From NCBI RefSeq assembly GCF_006345805.1, contig NC_043014.1, positions 47,740,001 to 47,804,000 of the forward strand: 64,000 bases of DNA, in the 5' to 3' direction. Of this stretch, positions 23,204 to 36,338 are shown in pieces. The position numbers and the translations under genes are program-made. Each line of letters opens with the position of its first letter. Position 1 is the stretch's first letter. The notes under the pieces were generated by a model. The model was not told where the DNA came from, did not search any database, and saw nothing but the letters and a program-made list of their open reading frames with translations. Source of the DNA: Octopus sinensis. Its lineage: Eukaryota.

Positions 23204-25721
23204 AATTCATGAGAGAGTACACTTCCCCTGGATACGGTACTAGTCTATCACCAGATAGCTTTCTTCAACAGTTCTAATAGCCGGCCTACTGAAAGCTAGG
23301 AGAATTGAGCTGGGCTTTATTGACACAGTAATCTAGCCCTGTTGTTGATCTCTCAGCCTATGAGTTAGTCACCTAATATATCTACTTAGACAATGCACTA
23401 TAAACATTCTATTTACAATGTTTGATACAACCACATGCATGTTGGTGCAGGCATGGCTGTGTGGTAGGAAGTTTACTTCTAAACCGCATTGTTCCAGGTT
23501 CAGTCCCACTGTGTAGCACCTTGGGCAAATGTTTTCTACTATAGCCTTGAGCCAACCAAAGCTTTGTGGGTGCATTTGGTAGACAGAAACTGAAAGAAAG
23601 CTTGCTGTATATATGTGTGTGCACACACAGGTATCTTTGTGTCTATGTTTGTCCCCCACCACTGCTTGGCAACCAGTGTTGGTATACTCTTTTACTTGTT
23701 TCAGTCATTTGACTGCGGCCATTCTGGAGCACCGCCTTTAATCGAGCAACTCAACCCCAGGACTTATTCTTTTGTAAGCTTAATACTTATTCTATCGGTC
23801 TCTTTTGCCGAACCACTAAGTAACGGGGACATAAACACACCACCATCGGCTGTCAAGCAATGCTAGGGGGACAAACACAGACACACAAACACACACACGC
23901 ATATATATACATATATACGACGGGTTTCTTTCAGTTTCCGTCTACCAAATCCACGCACAAGGCTTTGGTCGGCCCGAGGCTATAGTAGAAGACACTTGCC
24001 CAAGGTGCCACGCAGTGGGACTGAACCCGGAACCATGTGGTTGGTAAACAAGCTACTTACCACACAGCCACTCCTGCGCCTTACATCCCTGTAACTTAGC
24101 AGTTTGACGAAAGGGAACAGTAGAATAAGTATCAGGCTTAAAAAATTAGCACTAGGGTTGATTCATTCAACTAAAAATTCTTCGAGATAGTGCCCCAACA
24201 TGGCCACACTCTAATAACTGAAACAAGTAGAAGATTTTGATAACAGACATTTGACTTTTTTTTTTGTCCCCATCAAAGGGTTTTCTAATCCAAAATTTTA
24301 CTGTTATTTATAGTTTTATCTCCTTTGAGCTCCAGTGTTAAAAATAATTTATTTCATGTCTCTCAAAGTTTCAAAGTTCTTATCATGTAAACATCTTGCA
24401 ATTCTTGCTCATATGAATAAAGTTCTAAAATGGATGAAGAAAATTCAAAGTGTTACTTTGGTAAGTGAGGGCATATGGCTCAGTGGCAAGAGTGTTGGGC
24501 TTATAAATGTAAGGCTGTCAGTTTGATTCCCGAACCAGGCTGTGTATTGTGTCTTGAGCAAGACACTTTATTTTCATGTTGCTCCAGTTCACTCAGCTTT
24601 AGAAATGAGTTGCAACATCACTGGTGCCAAGATGTATTGACCTTTGTCTTTCTCTTGGACAACATCAGTGGCATGGAGAGGGGAGACTGGTATGTATGGG
24701 TAACTGTTGGTCTTCCTTAAACAACCTTACCCAAACATGTGCCTCGAAGGGGAACTTTCTAGGTGCCATCCTATGGTCACTTGTGACTGAAGCGGGGTCT
24801 TTAACTTTTTTACTTCACTTTGGTGGCACATAAAAGGCACCATTCGAGTGTGATCGTTACCAACGTCACCTTACTGGCACTTGTGCCCATGCTAGTAGGG
24901 TGCCAAGAGCACCATCTGAGCGTGATCGTTGCCAGAGCAGCCAACTGGCATCCATGCCAGTGGCACGTAAAAGAGCACCATTCGAGCGTGATCGCTACCA
25001 ATGCCACCTTATTGGCACCTGTGCTGGTGGCATGTGTAAAAAGATTCAAGCGAGGTCGTTGCCAGTACCGCCTGACTGGCCCCCTTGGAGTGGTTGGCGT
25101 TAGGAAGGGCATCCAGCTGTAGAAACTGTGCCAAATCATGATTGAAGCCTGGTGCAGCCATCTGGTTTGCCAGCCCTCAGTCAAAATCGTCCAACCCATG
25201 CTAGCATGGAAAGCAGACGTTAAACGATGATGATGATGTTAATGCATTTTTCATGTCTATAGATGTGGATTTGAATCCTGTATCAGCTTTGACATTTCTT
25301 CATCCAAAGTTTGTTTTTAACCTAATATTCTACATGCTGTCATTTGCAGCTTTATCTTCTCTTTGAGTTACACCATTAAAAATAATTTAGCATTACAAAC
25401 ATTTTAATTACAATCACAAACATTTTAATTGCAATTACAAATATTCTAGTTGCAATTACAAATATTTTTCACAATTATGAATAATACAATTACAGTTATA
25501 ATATTTTAATTCCAGTTATAAATGTTTTAATTAAACTGCTCTTTCTGAATGAAACACTTCATAAGGCGTAGGAGTGGCTGTGTGGTAAGTAGCTTGCTAA
25601 CAAACCACATGGTTCTGGGTTCAGTCCCACTATGTAGCACCTTAGGCAAGTGTCTATAGCCTCGGGCTGACCAAAGCCTTGTGAGTGGGTTTGGTAGACA
25701 GAAACTTAAAGAAGCCCATTG

Positions 25722-25758
<37 letters not shown>

Positions 25759-26016
25759 ATATGTTTGTGTGTCTGTGTTTATCCTCCCAACATCACTTGA
25801 CAACCAATGCTGGTGTGTTTACGTCCCCGTAACTTACCGGTTCAGCAAAAGAGACTGATAGAATAAGTACTAGGCTTGCAAAGAATAAGTACTGGGGTCG
25901 ATTTGGTCGACTAAAGGCAGTGCTACAGCATGGCCACAATCAAATCACTGAAACAAGTAAAGAGTATAACCATTCATTCTTTTTTTTTTTTTTTTGCTTC
26001 ATCTTTTTCCTTCCAG

Positions 26017-26120
26017 TTTCAAATCATTGAGAAACATGTTAGTAACTTATTACAACAGTTGCCACCATTCTCTTCTGAATGTGAGAATATCGCTAAACGA
26101 GCACAGGAGATTAATGCCAG
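26017..26120 (+). CDS. COG8: COG8 exon 4
   Basis: ttccag acceptor, GTGAGG donor; FQIIEKHVSNLLQQLPPFSSECENIAKRAQEINA. Confidence 0.94.
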
Positions 26121-26815
26121 GTGAGGCTCAGCTGTTTTTTTCATTTTTTTTCTCTTCCTCTTCTTCAGCGTGTAATACTTTCATCTAAACCACAACACCT
26201 GCCATCATCTATTAGTAACATCTTCCCTACCAACACCACTGCCATTACCACCTCCTCACTACCTCCGCAACCATTATAGTAATTTCTACTACTACTACCA
26301 TCACCATCATGTCCAGTCTCCCATCATCTCTACTCTATAAATATTTCTCTGTGTGTGTGTGTGTCAATTTCCATGTGTACATGTGTGTTTAAATTTGTCC
26401 ATGTGAGTGTGTCTGTATATGTAAGTGTACTTTTTTTGTTTTTACATATTTGTTTGATTACTTATGTACATGAGTGTATATGAATGAATATTTGTATCTC
26501 TCTATGTCAATGTCATTTGCATGAAGATATTTAACGAATATCCATCCTTATTTATTGCTTTGTTCACATGCATAGGCGTAGGAGTGGCTGTGTGGTAAGT
26601 ATCTTGCTTACCAACCACATGGTTCCGGGTTCAGTCCCACTGCGTGGCACCTTGGGCAAGTGTCTTCTACTATAGCCTCGGGCTGACCAAAGCTTTGTGA
26701 GTGGATTTGGTTGATGGAAACTATATATGTATCATGTTTATATATATTATATATTATAACTGTAAATATATTAGGCATCATGTCTTATTCTGTTCCTCTG
26801 TCATGACATTTACAG

Positions 26816-26987
26816 CCGTCGTATGAACAGTTTAACACTGCAACGTCACACCCAGTTACTGGAGATCCTAGAGATGCCGCAACTGATGGACACCTGCGTG
26901 CGAAATGGTTACTATGAAGAGGCTCTGGAGCTGACTGCTCATGTGAAACGGCTGGAGAAGAAACACTACAATCTTCCTGTCATTGCT
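26816..26987 (+). CDS. COG8: COG8 exon 5
   Basis: [39 protein letters not shown], close to human COG8; tacag acceptor, GTAAGC donor. Confidence 0.97.
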
Positions 26988-27128
26988 GTAAGCATTATTG
27001 TTGTTATTGTTACTACTATTAAGGCAGCGAGCTGGCAGAATCATTAGCACGCCGGGGAAAATGCTATGTTTTTTTGAGTTCAAATTCTGCCAACGTCCGC
27101 TTTCCCGTTCATCTTTTCGGGGTTCGTA

Positions 27129-27546
27129 AAGGCGAGCTGGCAGAAACGTTAGCACGCTGGGCGAAATGCTTAACGTATTTCGTCCGTCTTTACTTAGGTT
27201 CTGAGTTCAAATTCCGCCGAGGTCGACTTTACCTTTCATCCTTTCGGGGTCGATAAAATAAGTACCAGTTATGCACTGGGGTCGATGTAATCGACTTAAT
27301 CCGTTTGCCTGTCCTTGTTTGTCCTCTCTGTGTTTAGCCCCTTGTGGGTAGTAAAGAAATAGGTATTTCGTCTGCTGTTACGTTCTGAGTTCAATTTCCG
27401 CCGAGGTCGACTTTGCCTCTCATCCTTTCGAGGTCAATTAAATAAGTACCAGTTACGCACTGGGGTCGATATAATCGACTTAATCCGTTTGTCTGTCCTT
27501 GTTTGTCCTTTCTGTGTTTAGCCCCTTGTGGGTAATAAAGAAATAG
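27129..27546 (+). mobile_element. SINE family C dimer
   Basis: Full head, then a second unit joined at AAAGAAATA|GGTATTTC (27361-27362). Confidence 0.88.
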
Positions 27547-28587
27547 TAAATTAAGTACCAGTGAAACACTGGGGTTGATGTAATTGACTAGCCACCTCTC
27601 CCCAAATTTCGGGCCTTGTGTCTTTAGTAGGAATGATTATTATTATTATTATTATTATTAAGAAAGGTTGCAAGCTAGCAAAATCGTTAGTACACCAGGT
27701 GAAATGCTTTGCTGTATTTCGTCTACCACTACTTACTGAGGTCAAATTCTGCCGAGGTCGACTTACCCTTTCATCCCTTCAGGGTCAATAAATTAAGTAC
27801 CAGTGAAACACCAGGGTCAACGTTATCAACTAGTCCCCTCCCCACCAATTTCAGGTCTTGTACCTTTAGTAGAAACAATTATTATTGTTATTATTATTAA
27901 GGTGGCAAACTGGCAGAATCATTAGTGTGACAAAATGCTTAGTGGTATTTTGCTATCTTTATGTTCCAAGTTCAAACTCCACTGAAGTCAACTTTGCCTT
28001 TCAAATTTTCACAGGATATTAATTTAGCTTTTCTATGTATAATTGCCTTGAGGATTGTCTACCTCTAGCAGCCTTCAGGATCCTTGGAGGAAGGATTTGT
28101 ACTCCCATGTTGCTGGGGTCCATATTGTACTGGGGTCAGGAGATAGTTGGGGAGACATTTAATGATGGTGTTAAATGTAGAGTAAGGTTTCAAAATAAGG
28201 TCAACAAAGGACAAGTGAAATAGTTCTGAAAATGTCAAAACAAGTGGATGGTTTGTTTGATTTTCTTCTGTATACGCTGGCACAACAGAAATATGCTTTC
28301 TAAGTTCTAAGTGACCTTTGAAAAGATGAGAGATAAACCTCCTCCTAGATAAAATATTAGTTTATAACATGTAATATTCTCTTCTATGTAATCAAGGCCT
28401 CTACCATGATTTTTAAGAAACATGGTAGAAAACTAGCTCAGGAAGGTAGGGACGCTACTCCTTGAGACCCCTTTTGGAACCCCTGACCAATAGTGTGTAA
28501 TATTCATTACTTGATGTTTTAAAGGGTATCATTGATGAAATATAAGGATTCACACCCCTAATTACTTCACATGTTTTACTCTCACAG

Positions 28588-28749
28588 AGCATCGTTGACG
28601 AAGTGAAAGGATCAACACAGCTGATGTTGAATCAGTTAATCCAACAACTGCGGACCAACATCCAACTGCCTCTTTGTCTAAGAGTCATTGGTTATTTAAG
28701 AAGGATGGATGTCTTTTCAGAGGCTGAACTACGCATCAAATTTTTGCAG
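28588..28749 (+). CDS. COG8: COG8 exon 6
   Basis: [54 protein letters not shown]; AG/GT boundaries, phase 0. Confidence 0.97.
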
Positions 28750-29186
28750 GTCAGTGTGTCTTGTGTCTGTGTATCGTTGGAATTTTACTGTAACACAGGA
28801 TTGTAACATGGTGTGCATGTGATATGAGAGTATTGAAACACAAACTGTGACAGAGCTGTATCATGTGGTGTGACAATTTTGTCACATAGTGTGACTGTTG
28901 TAACTCATGTCATGCGACGAGTATTGTAGCCCATGTGGATGACAGTATTGTAACACACATGATGTGTCACAGTGTAACAATGCTATATGATGTAACTTTG
29001 CTGTCAAATGGGTGTTGTTGGCTATTGTGTGTGTATTTTTATTTTTATTTTATTTCATCTAGTTTCAGCTCTGTATGTGTAGACTAAATATTGGTAGACT
29101 TTTAATGAGTAATTTTGGAATTGCTACACTGTTGTTAATGTAGTTACATCTCTGGTTCCCTAATCTATTCTTTTGTATTTCCTCAG

Positions 29187-29238
29187 GCTCGCGATGCATG
29201 GTTCCAGTGTATCATTGATGGAATCCCAACAGATGACG
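29187..29238 (+). CDS. COG8: COG8 exon 7
   Basis: cctcag acceptor, GTAAGC donor; ARDAWFQCIIDGIPTDD. Confidence 0.94.
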
Positions 29239-29305
29239 GTAAGCTGCTCCGCACTCAAACTCTCACTCACCAACAGAGGTTGGTTGTAGCTGTAAAGTCT
29301 TTTAA

Positions 29306-29526
29306 CCCTTTAGCATTTAAACCGGCCATATCCGGCCAAAAGTATTCTGCCTGTTTTATGTTCAAACTGGCCAGATCTGGTCTCTCACACCAACCCTACA
29401 ATATCGTTTAAAAAATCAACAGCTACCTCATTAAAATCTCATAGCTACAAGATAATGCATGATTAGCTCAAATCAATGTAGATGAAAAAGCATTAATTTT
29501 GGCAGAATAATGCGAACACTAAAGGG
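29306..29526. mobile_element. piggyBac-type MITE
   Basis: TTAA|CCCTTTAG...CTAAAGGG|TTAA; second copy at 50258-50477, fragment at about 43080-43125. Confidence 0.9.
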
Positions 29527-30147
29527 TTAATTGGCTGATGTTTGGGGTGTGTATTGTCATCGCTTCACACATTACTGCCTCAGGCTACCTGACCGATAAA
29601 CAGGTTTCACTCTTCCCCACCACTTGTCACTTCATAGTTAGCAGAAGGCTAGACATCCAGTAGTAAACTCAGTTACTCTAACAGTATACAAATCTCCTAA
29701 ATAGCTACCTCCACACGATACAGCTTGATCAGTTGATTTAGGAAGACACCACCATCATCATCATCATCGTTTAGCATCCACTTTCCATGCTAGCATGGGT
29801 TGGACGATTTGACTGAGGACTGGCAAACCAGATGGCTGCACCAGACTCCATTCTGATCTGTGAGTTTTTATAGCTGGATGCCCTTCCTAACGCCAATCAC
29901 TCCGAGAATGTAATGGGTGCTTTTACATGCCACCGGCACGAGAGCCATTCAGGCAGTACTGGCAACAGCCATGCTCAAATGGTGCTTTTTATGTGCTATC
30001 TGCACAGGAACCAGTCCAGCGGCACTGGCAACGACCTCACTCGAATGTTTTTTTCATAACACTGTTAATAGGTAACAGACTGAAAATACCTGAATTAGGA
30101 CCACAATACATTCAGAACTTTGACAGTCTGTGTATTATATTGCCTCT

Positions 30148-30700
30148 ACAGCTTACACTGTATTACCACTGCAGCTTACACTGTTTTACCACTGCAGTTT
30201 GCACTTTGCAACTTAGTGTTACCACTACAACTAACACTGTATTACCACTGCAATTTATACTATATTACCACTGCAGCTTACACTGTATTACCACTGCAGC
30301 TTACACTGTATTACCACTGCAGCTTACACTATTACCACTGCAGCTTATGCTGTATTACCACTGCAGCTTACACTGTTTTACCACTGCAGTTTGCACTCTG
30401 CAACATAGTGTTACCACTACAGCTAACACTGTATTACCACTGCAATTTATACTATATTACCACTGCAGCTTACACTGTATTACCACTGCAGCTTATGCTG
30501 TTTTACCACTGCAGTTTGCACTCTGCAACTTAGTGTTACCACTACAGCTAACACTGTATTACCACTGCAATTTATACTATATTACCACTGCAGCTTACAC
30601 TGTATTACCACTGCAGCTTACACTATAATTGCCGTTGCAGTTTACGCTGTAATTACCATTGTAACTAACACTGCAGCTAACACTATAACGACACTACAAC
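30148..30700. repeat. 23-bp minisatellite (TTACACTGTATTACCACTGCAGC)n with higher-order variants
   Basis: Directly visible, ending about 30 bp before the COG8 exon 8 acceptor. Confidence 0.9.
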
Positions 30701-30732
30701 TACCGTCCCTCATGTACTGTTCTCTTGTCCAG

Positions 30733-30914
30733 CATATGTCCACATCACCAAGATAATCGAAGCGAGTCGCGTCCACCTATTCGACATCATAACACAGTAC
30801 CGTGCCATCTTCTCTGATGACGACACACTTATGACATCATCATCAGCAGCAGCAGCACCACGCGACGACCTCCTCCAACATTCCTCACCTTTCTATAGCT
30901 GGCTCACACTCAAG
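30733..30914 (+). CDS. COG8: COG8 exon 8
   Basis: YVHITKIIEASRVHLFDIITQYRAIFSDDD...FYSWLTLK; ccag acceptor, GTAAGT donor. Confidence 0.96.
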
Positions 30915-33440
30915 GTAAGTGACACTCTTGCAGATGTGGGCGGGGTGGGGGTGGTATTGGGGTGTACACAGTTGTTAGTGTATCAACTGGATGATAAAGA
31001 TAAACTCAAAACTGCATTTTTTCTTTCTTTACTACCCACAAAGGGCTAAACACAGAGGGGACAAACAAGGACAGACAAACGGATTAAGTCGATTACATCG
31101 ACCCCCAGTGCGTAACTGGTACTTATTTAATCGACCCCGAAAGGATGAAAGGCAAAGTCGACCTCGGCGGAATTTGAACTCAGAACGTAACGGCAGACGA
31201 AATATGGCTACGCATTTCGCCCGGCGTGCTACCGTTTTTGCCAGCTCGCCGCCTTAAAACTTAAAACTGCATTTATGACACGGCAAACTCCCACTGACAT
31301 ATTTGACTTTTGTGATTTATTTACTTGGCTATTCCAGAATCTGGCCACAGTAACTCATTCTGCCTACTTTCCTCTGTATGCAACTCTTTTTTCATTTAAA
31401 ATTATTTAGTGTTTTGTGCCACGGGTTCAAACCGCTCGTGTTCTCAAATGAATGTTCCGTATAATTTTATGCAAGAAATGGACTGAGTTAGATAATGAAC
31501 TGTTCCAATTGCACAATATTATAAACAAAAGAGTAGATTCACTCTTGTGCTCTACAGCAGATTGTCCATTATCCAGATCCCTGTCTCAATAACTCTGGCT
31601 TCTACAGGCTGGAGAGTTGTGCCTTAGTGGCTCTAATGCTTCTATAGAGAGTTGTGCCTCTAATGCTTCGATAGAAGCACCAGAACCACTAAGGCACAAC
31701 TCTCTATAGAAGCACCAGAGCCACAAGGCACAACTCTCTATAGAAGCATTAGAGCCACTAAGGCACAACTCTCTTCACCAGCCTGGCACTTCTTTACAAA
31801 GCCTTCTCTTACTGACTCTGCCTTCTAAAGACTAGTGCTTCTCTCTGCTTTGTTCACAGACTGACCTGCAATCAGTTGTGTTACTAGTAGAATAAACTAT
31901 TTACCATTTGTGCCTTTTACCAACAGATCTAAAGAACAGTTATAGTCATGATGCTATTTCTAAAGGAACTCTCCATTCAGCTAGTCTTGAGACAATATAC
32001 CAGTTCCCAAAATTATTATTATTATTATTATTCTGCGTCGACCTACTAGCATTTGTGCTGGTGGCGCGTGAAAAAAACATTTGAGCAAGGTCATTGCCAG
32101 TGCCGCTGGACTGGCTCCTGTGCAGGTGGCACATAAAACGCACCATTTGAGCGTGGCCATTGCCAGTACCGCCTGACGGGCCCTCGTGCCGGTGGTACGT
32201 AAAAGCACCCACTACGCTCTCGGAGTGGTCGGCATTAGGACAGGCATCCAGCTGTAGAAACTCAGCCAGATCAGAATGGAGTCTGGTACAGCCATCTGGT
32301 TCGCCAGACCTCAGTCAAATCATCCAACCCATGCTAGCATGGAAAGCAAACGTTAAACGATGATGATGATGATGTATGACATTGAAAATAACCAAATCTG
32401 TATTTGAATCCTTGCTGACAGCATCAACTGATGTTTTTATAAGACATGAAGTGTTATGAACAGCTCTTTACTCTCTTTTACTCTTTTACTTGTTTCAGTC
32501 ATTTGACTGCGGCCATGCTGGAGCACCGCCTTTAATCGAGCAACTCGACCCCGGGACTTATTCTTTGTAAGCCCAGTACTTATTCTATCGGTCTCTTTTG
32601 CCGAACCGCTAAGTGACGGGGGATGTAAACACACCAGCATCGGTTGTCAAGCAATGCTAGGGGGACAAACACAGACACACAAACACACACACACACATAT
32701 ATATATATATGTATACATATATACAACAGGCTTCTTTCAGTTTCCGTCTACCAAATCCACTCACAAGGCATTGGTCGGCCCGGGGCTATAGTAGAAGACA
32801 CTTGCCCAAGGTGCCACGCAGTGGGACTGAACCCGGAACCATGTGGTTGGTTAGCAAGCTACTTACCACACAGCCACTCCTGCTGTTAATATTTATTATT
32901 AATGTAAATATCAAGGTAGCTAGCTGGCAGAATCATTTACATGTCAGGTAAAATGCTTAATGGCATTTCGTCTGTTGTTACATTCTGGGTTCAAATTCTG
33001 CCAAGGTCGACTTTGCTTTTCATCCTTTCAGGGTCAATAAAATAAGTACCAGTTGATCACTGGGGTTAATGTAAAAGACTTTCTTCTCTTCACCTGAGAC
33101 TGCTGGCCTTGTGCCAAAATGTGAAACCAATATTAATATAAATATCACTGAGTTAAATAACAGGCGCAGGAGTGGCTGTGTGGTAAGTAGCTTGCTTACC
33201 AACCACATGGTTCCGGGTTCAGTCCCACTGCGTGGCATCTTGGGCAAGTGTCTTCTGCTACAGCCTCGGGCCGACCAATGCCTTGTGAGTGGATTTGCTA
33301 GACGGAAACTGAAAGAAGCCTGTCGTATATATGTATATATATAACGAGAAGGTTTACGAAAATAAACAAAAGACGAAGGCAGGTGGAGTACAAACAAACA
33401 ATTGTATTAGTATGGCACTCAGGAATAGAAATAAAACAAG

Positions 33441-33478
33441 TCTTTTATGTTTCGAGCCTACGCTCTTCGACAGAAAGA
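33441..33478 (-). ncRNA. Degenerate hammerhead ribozyme of a second Penelope-like family
   Basis: Reverse complement TCTTT-CTGTCGA-aGAGC(gtag)GCTC-GAAAC-ATA-AAAGA; stems I and II pair, core has an A-to-T change. Confidence 0.5.
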
Positions 33479-33546
33479 TACACAGAAAAGAAACAAGGAG
33501 AGAAAAAAATTGCGTGTAGGGGCTAACGATCCAACATGGCGTTCTG

Positions 33547-33579
<33 letters not shown>

Positions 33580-33982
33580 GTGTATATGTTTGTGTGTCTG
33601 TGTTTGTCCCCCCAACATCGCTTGACAACCGATGCTGGTGTGTTTACGTCCCCCGTCACTTAGCGGTTCGGCAAAAGAGACCGATAGAATAAGTACTGGG
33701 CTTACAAAGAATAAGTCCCGGGGTCGATTTGCTCAACTAGAGGCGGTGCTCCAGCATGGCCGCAGTCAAAATGACTGAAACAAGTAAAAAGAAAGAGAAA
33801 AAGAAAGAAAGAAGACAATAATTGTCTGACCATGATAATAGAGCACGGATGGGCCTATGACCTATGATTGGGGAAATAGAGAAATAAAACACTCATATAT
33901 ACTACAAATATCTTTTTTTATGTATTTGTCGATGGTAGTGGTTATGATGATGATGATGATGATGATCTTTTATTATCTTTAG

Positions 33983-34182
33983 GTGAACCAGTTCCTCAGC
34001 ACTCTGGAGAGTGACCTGTCCAAAGGTGTTGGAGGTCGTCTAGACTCCCTGGTTGGTCAGTGTATGTACTTCAGTCTGTCCTTTAGCCGTATAGGGGCTG
34101 ACTTCCGCAGTCTCTTGGTGCCAATATTCTACTCGGCTGCGCTCAACTCGTTTCAAACGACACTCAACAATGCAAACAAGAA
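33983..34182 (+). CDS. COG8: COG8 exon 9
   Basis: [42 protein letters not shown]...; tttag acceptor, GTGAGT donor. Confidence 0.96.
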
Positions 34183-34649
34183 GTGAGTCTTTTACTGTCT
34201 AGGTTGTAGTGTTGGTGTTGGTTGTGTGGTGGTGTAGTGTAGTGGATGTGATGGTGTGGTTGTAGTGGTATATGATGTTGTATATTCCTTCTCTAAGGTG
34301 GAGGTAATAAAAGCCTTCTTTGAACTGGTTTATGATAATAATAATAATAATAATCCTTTCAAATGGTCCCCACAAATTTCAGGCACAGGGCCTGAAATTT
34401 GTGGTGATGGGGTAAGTTGATCACATTTACCCCACAACTCAACTGGTTCTATGGAGACAGTGAAATAACGAGATATTACTCCCAGGCGCAGGAGTGGCTG
34501 TGTGGTAAGTAGCTTGCTTACCAACCACATGGTTCCGGGTCCAGTCTCACTGCGTGGCACCTTGGGCAAGTGTCTTCTACTATAGCCTCGGGCCGACCAA
34601 AGCCTTGTGAGTGGATTTGGTAGATGGAAACTGAAAGAAGCCCGTCGTA

Positions 34650-34703
<54 letters not shown>

Positions 34704-35194
34704 TGTCTGTGTTTGTCCCCCTAGCATAGCTTGACAACCGATGCTGGTGTGTTTATGTCTCCGTTACTTAGCAGTTCGGCAAAAGAGACCGATAGAATAA
34801 GTACTGGGCTTACAAAAGAATAAGTCCCGGGGTCGAGTTGCTCGATTAAAGGCAGTGCTCCAGCATGGCCGCAGTCAAATGACTGAAACAAGTAAAAGAG
34901 CTCTACCTTCACCATTGTGGCCGTGGCTGTTTTAAATGAAGTGGTTGTTGTTATTTAGTTCCAAATTAGCCCTGATCTTATAAAGAAAAGCATCCCAACC
35001 ATGACCATCCACTCTTTCATCTTTAGTTTTTTTATTTCACAGACCTTATTAACAATATGTTCTTCATTTTTTGACATTATGGTTAAGATTTTGTTGCAAT
35101 TTCTAGCTGGTCGGGTGATCACATAGAGGGTCATTCAGGAGGGTGAGTCACCTCATCATCTAATTTATTGATGCGTTATGTATTATCTGGTGAA

Positions 35195-35505
35195 GGCGTG
35201 TGGCTCAGTGGTTAGAGCGTAGAGCTTACAATTGCGAGGTTGTGAGTTCGATTCCTGGACCAGGCTGTGTGTTGTGTTCTTGAGCAAGACACTTTATTTC
35301 ACGTTGCTCCAGTTCACTCAGCTGTAGAATTGAGTTGCGACGTCATGGGTGCCAGGCTGTATTGGCCCCTTTGTCTTTCCCTTGGATAACATCAGTGGTG
35401 TGGAGAGGGGAGGCCTTCCACAAACAATCTTGCCCTGACTTGTGCCTCGGAGGGTAACTTTCTAGGTGTAATCCCATGGTCATTCATGACCGAAGGGGGG
35501 TCTCC
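35195..35505 (+). mobile_element. tRNA-derived CORE-like SINE family E
   Basis: Box A TGGCTCAGTGG, box B GAGTTCGATTCC, TTGAGCAAGACACTT...CACTCAGCTGTAGAA; other copies at about 24470-24810, 20600-21165(-), 2490-2710. Confidence 0.75.
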
Positions 35506-36016
35506 AATGTATTATCTACATCAGAATACCCCCTCCCTCATTTCTACTGTCTTCCAATTATAAACTTCTTCAGTAAAAAAATGGAAATGACTTTGTCTTG
35601 CAAAGTAATTGGTGACCCCTGTCGGTGATTCAGTGATGGTATCAGATAAAAAGCACTGGTGCTGGTGCCACATAAAAAGCTTGGAAACAGGTAAGGGTTG
35701 GCAACAGGAAGGGCATCCAGCCATAGAAAATCTGTCTCAATAAATCTGACCTATGCAAGCATGAAAAATTGATGTTAAAAGGATGATGATGGCAATATCA
35801 TACATATAGTGTTTTACTGTTTGTGTTAGGACATGTTATCTGAGGTTGTATGTGATTGTTGTGAAGGTGGTAATGTTGCATTGTGTGTTGTTGGTGTTGT
35901 GTTGTATTTGAGGTTGTATGATGTCCAGTAGATTATATTGACCAGTGCTTGAGGAGACCTATTGAGTCAAGTACATGAACATCGAAATAAATATCAATGG
36001 AAATAGTAGTTGTGAT

Positions 36017-36338
36017 ACCTGTGCCGGTGGCACATAAAAAGCACCATCCGAACGTGGCCGATGCCAGCGCTGCCTCGACTGGCTTCTGTGCCGGTGGCAC
36101 ATAAAAAGCACCATCCGATCGTGGCTGATGCCAGACTCCCCTGGCACCTGTGCAGGTGGCACGTAAAAAGCACCCACTACACTCGTGGAGTGGTTGGCGT
36201 TAGGAAGGGCATCCAGCTGTAGAAACACTGCCAGATCAGACTGGAGCCTGGTGCAGCCCCTGGCTTTCCAGACCCCAGTCGAACCATCCAACCCGTGTTA
36301 GCATGGAAAACGGACGTTAAACGATGATGATGATGATG
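36017..36338 (+). mobile_element. (GAT)n-tailed non-LTR repeat family B with internal GTGCC-N3-GGCAC arrays
   Basis: Core GGTTGGCGTTAGGAAGGGCATCCAGCTG; copies at about 1976-2338, 4498-4874, 5324-5525, 14447-14826(-), 15068-15318(-), 24821-25237, 29755-30048(-), 32045-32373, 41307-41601(-), 50806-51356, 54447-54787, 56677-56915(-), 57382-57700(-), 60100-60410(-), 63752-64000(-). Confidence 0.85.

Noticed and set aside
29927-30628. 233-aa ORF with YYHCSLH/VLPLQ repeats
   Set aside because: Translation of the 23-bp minisatellite; unit length is not a multiple of 3 and it lies in a COG8 intron.
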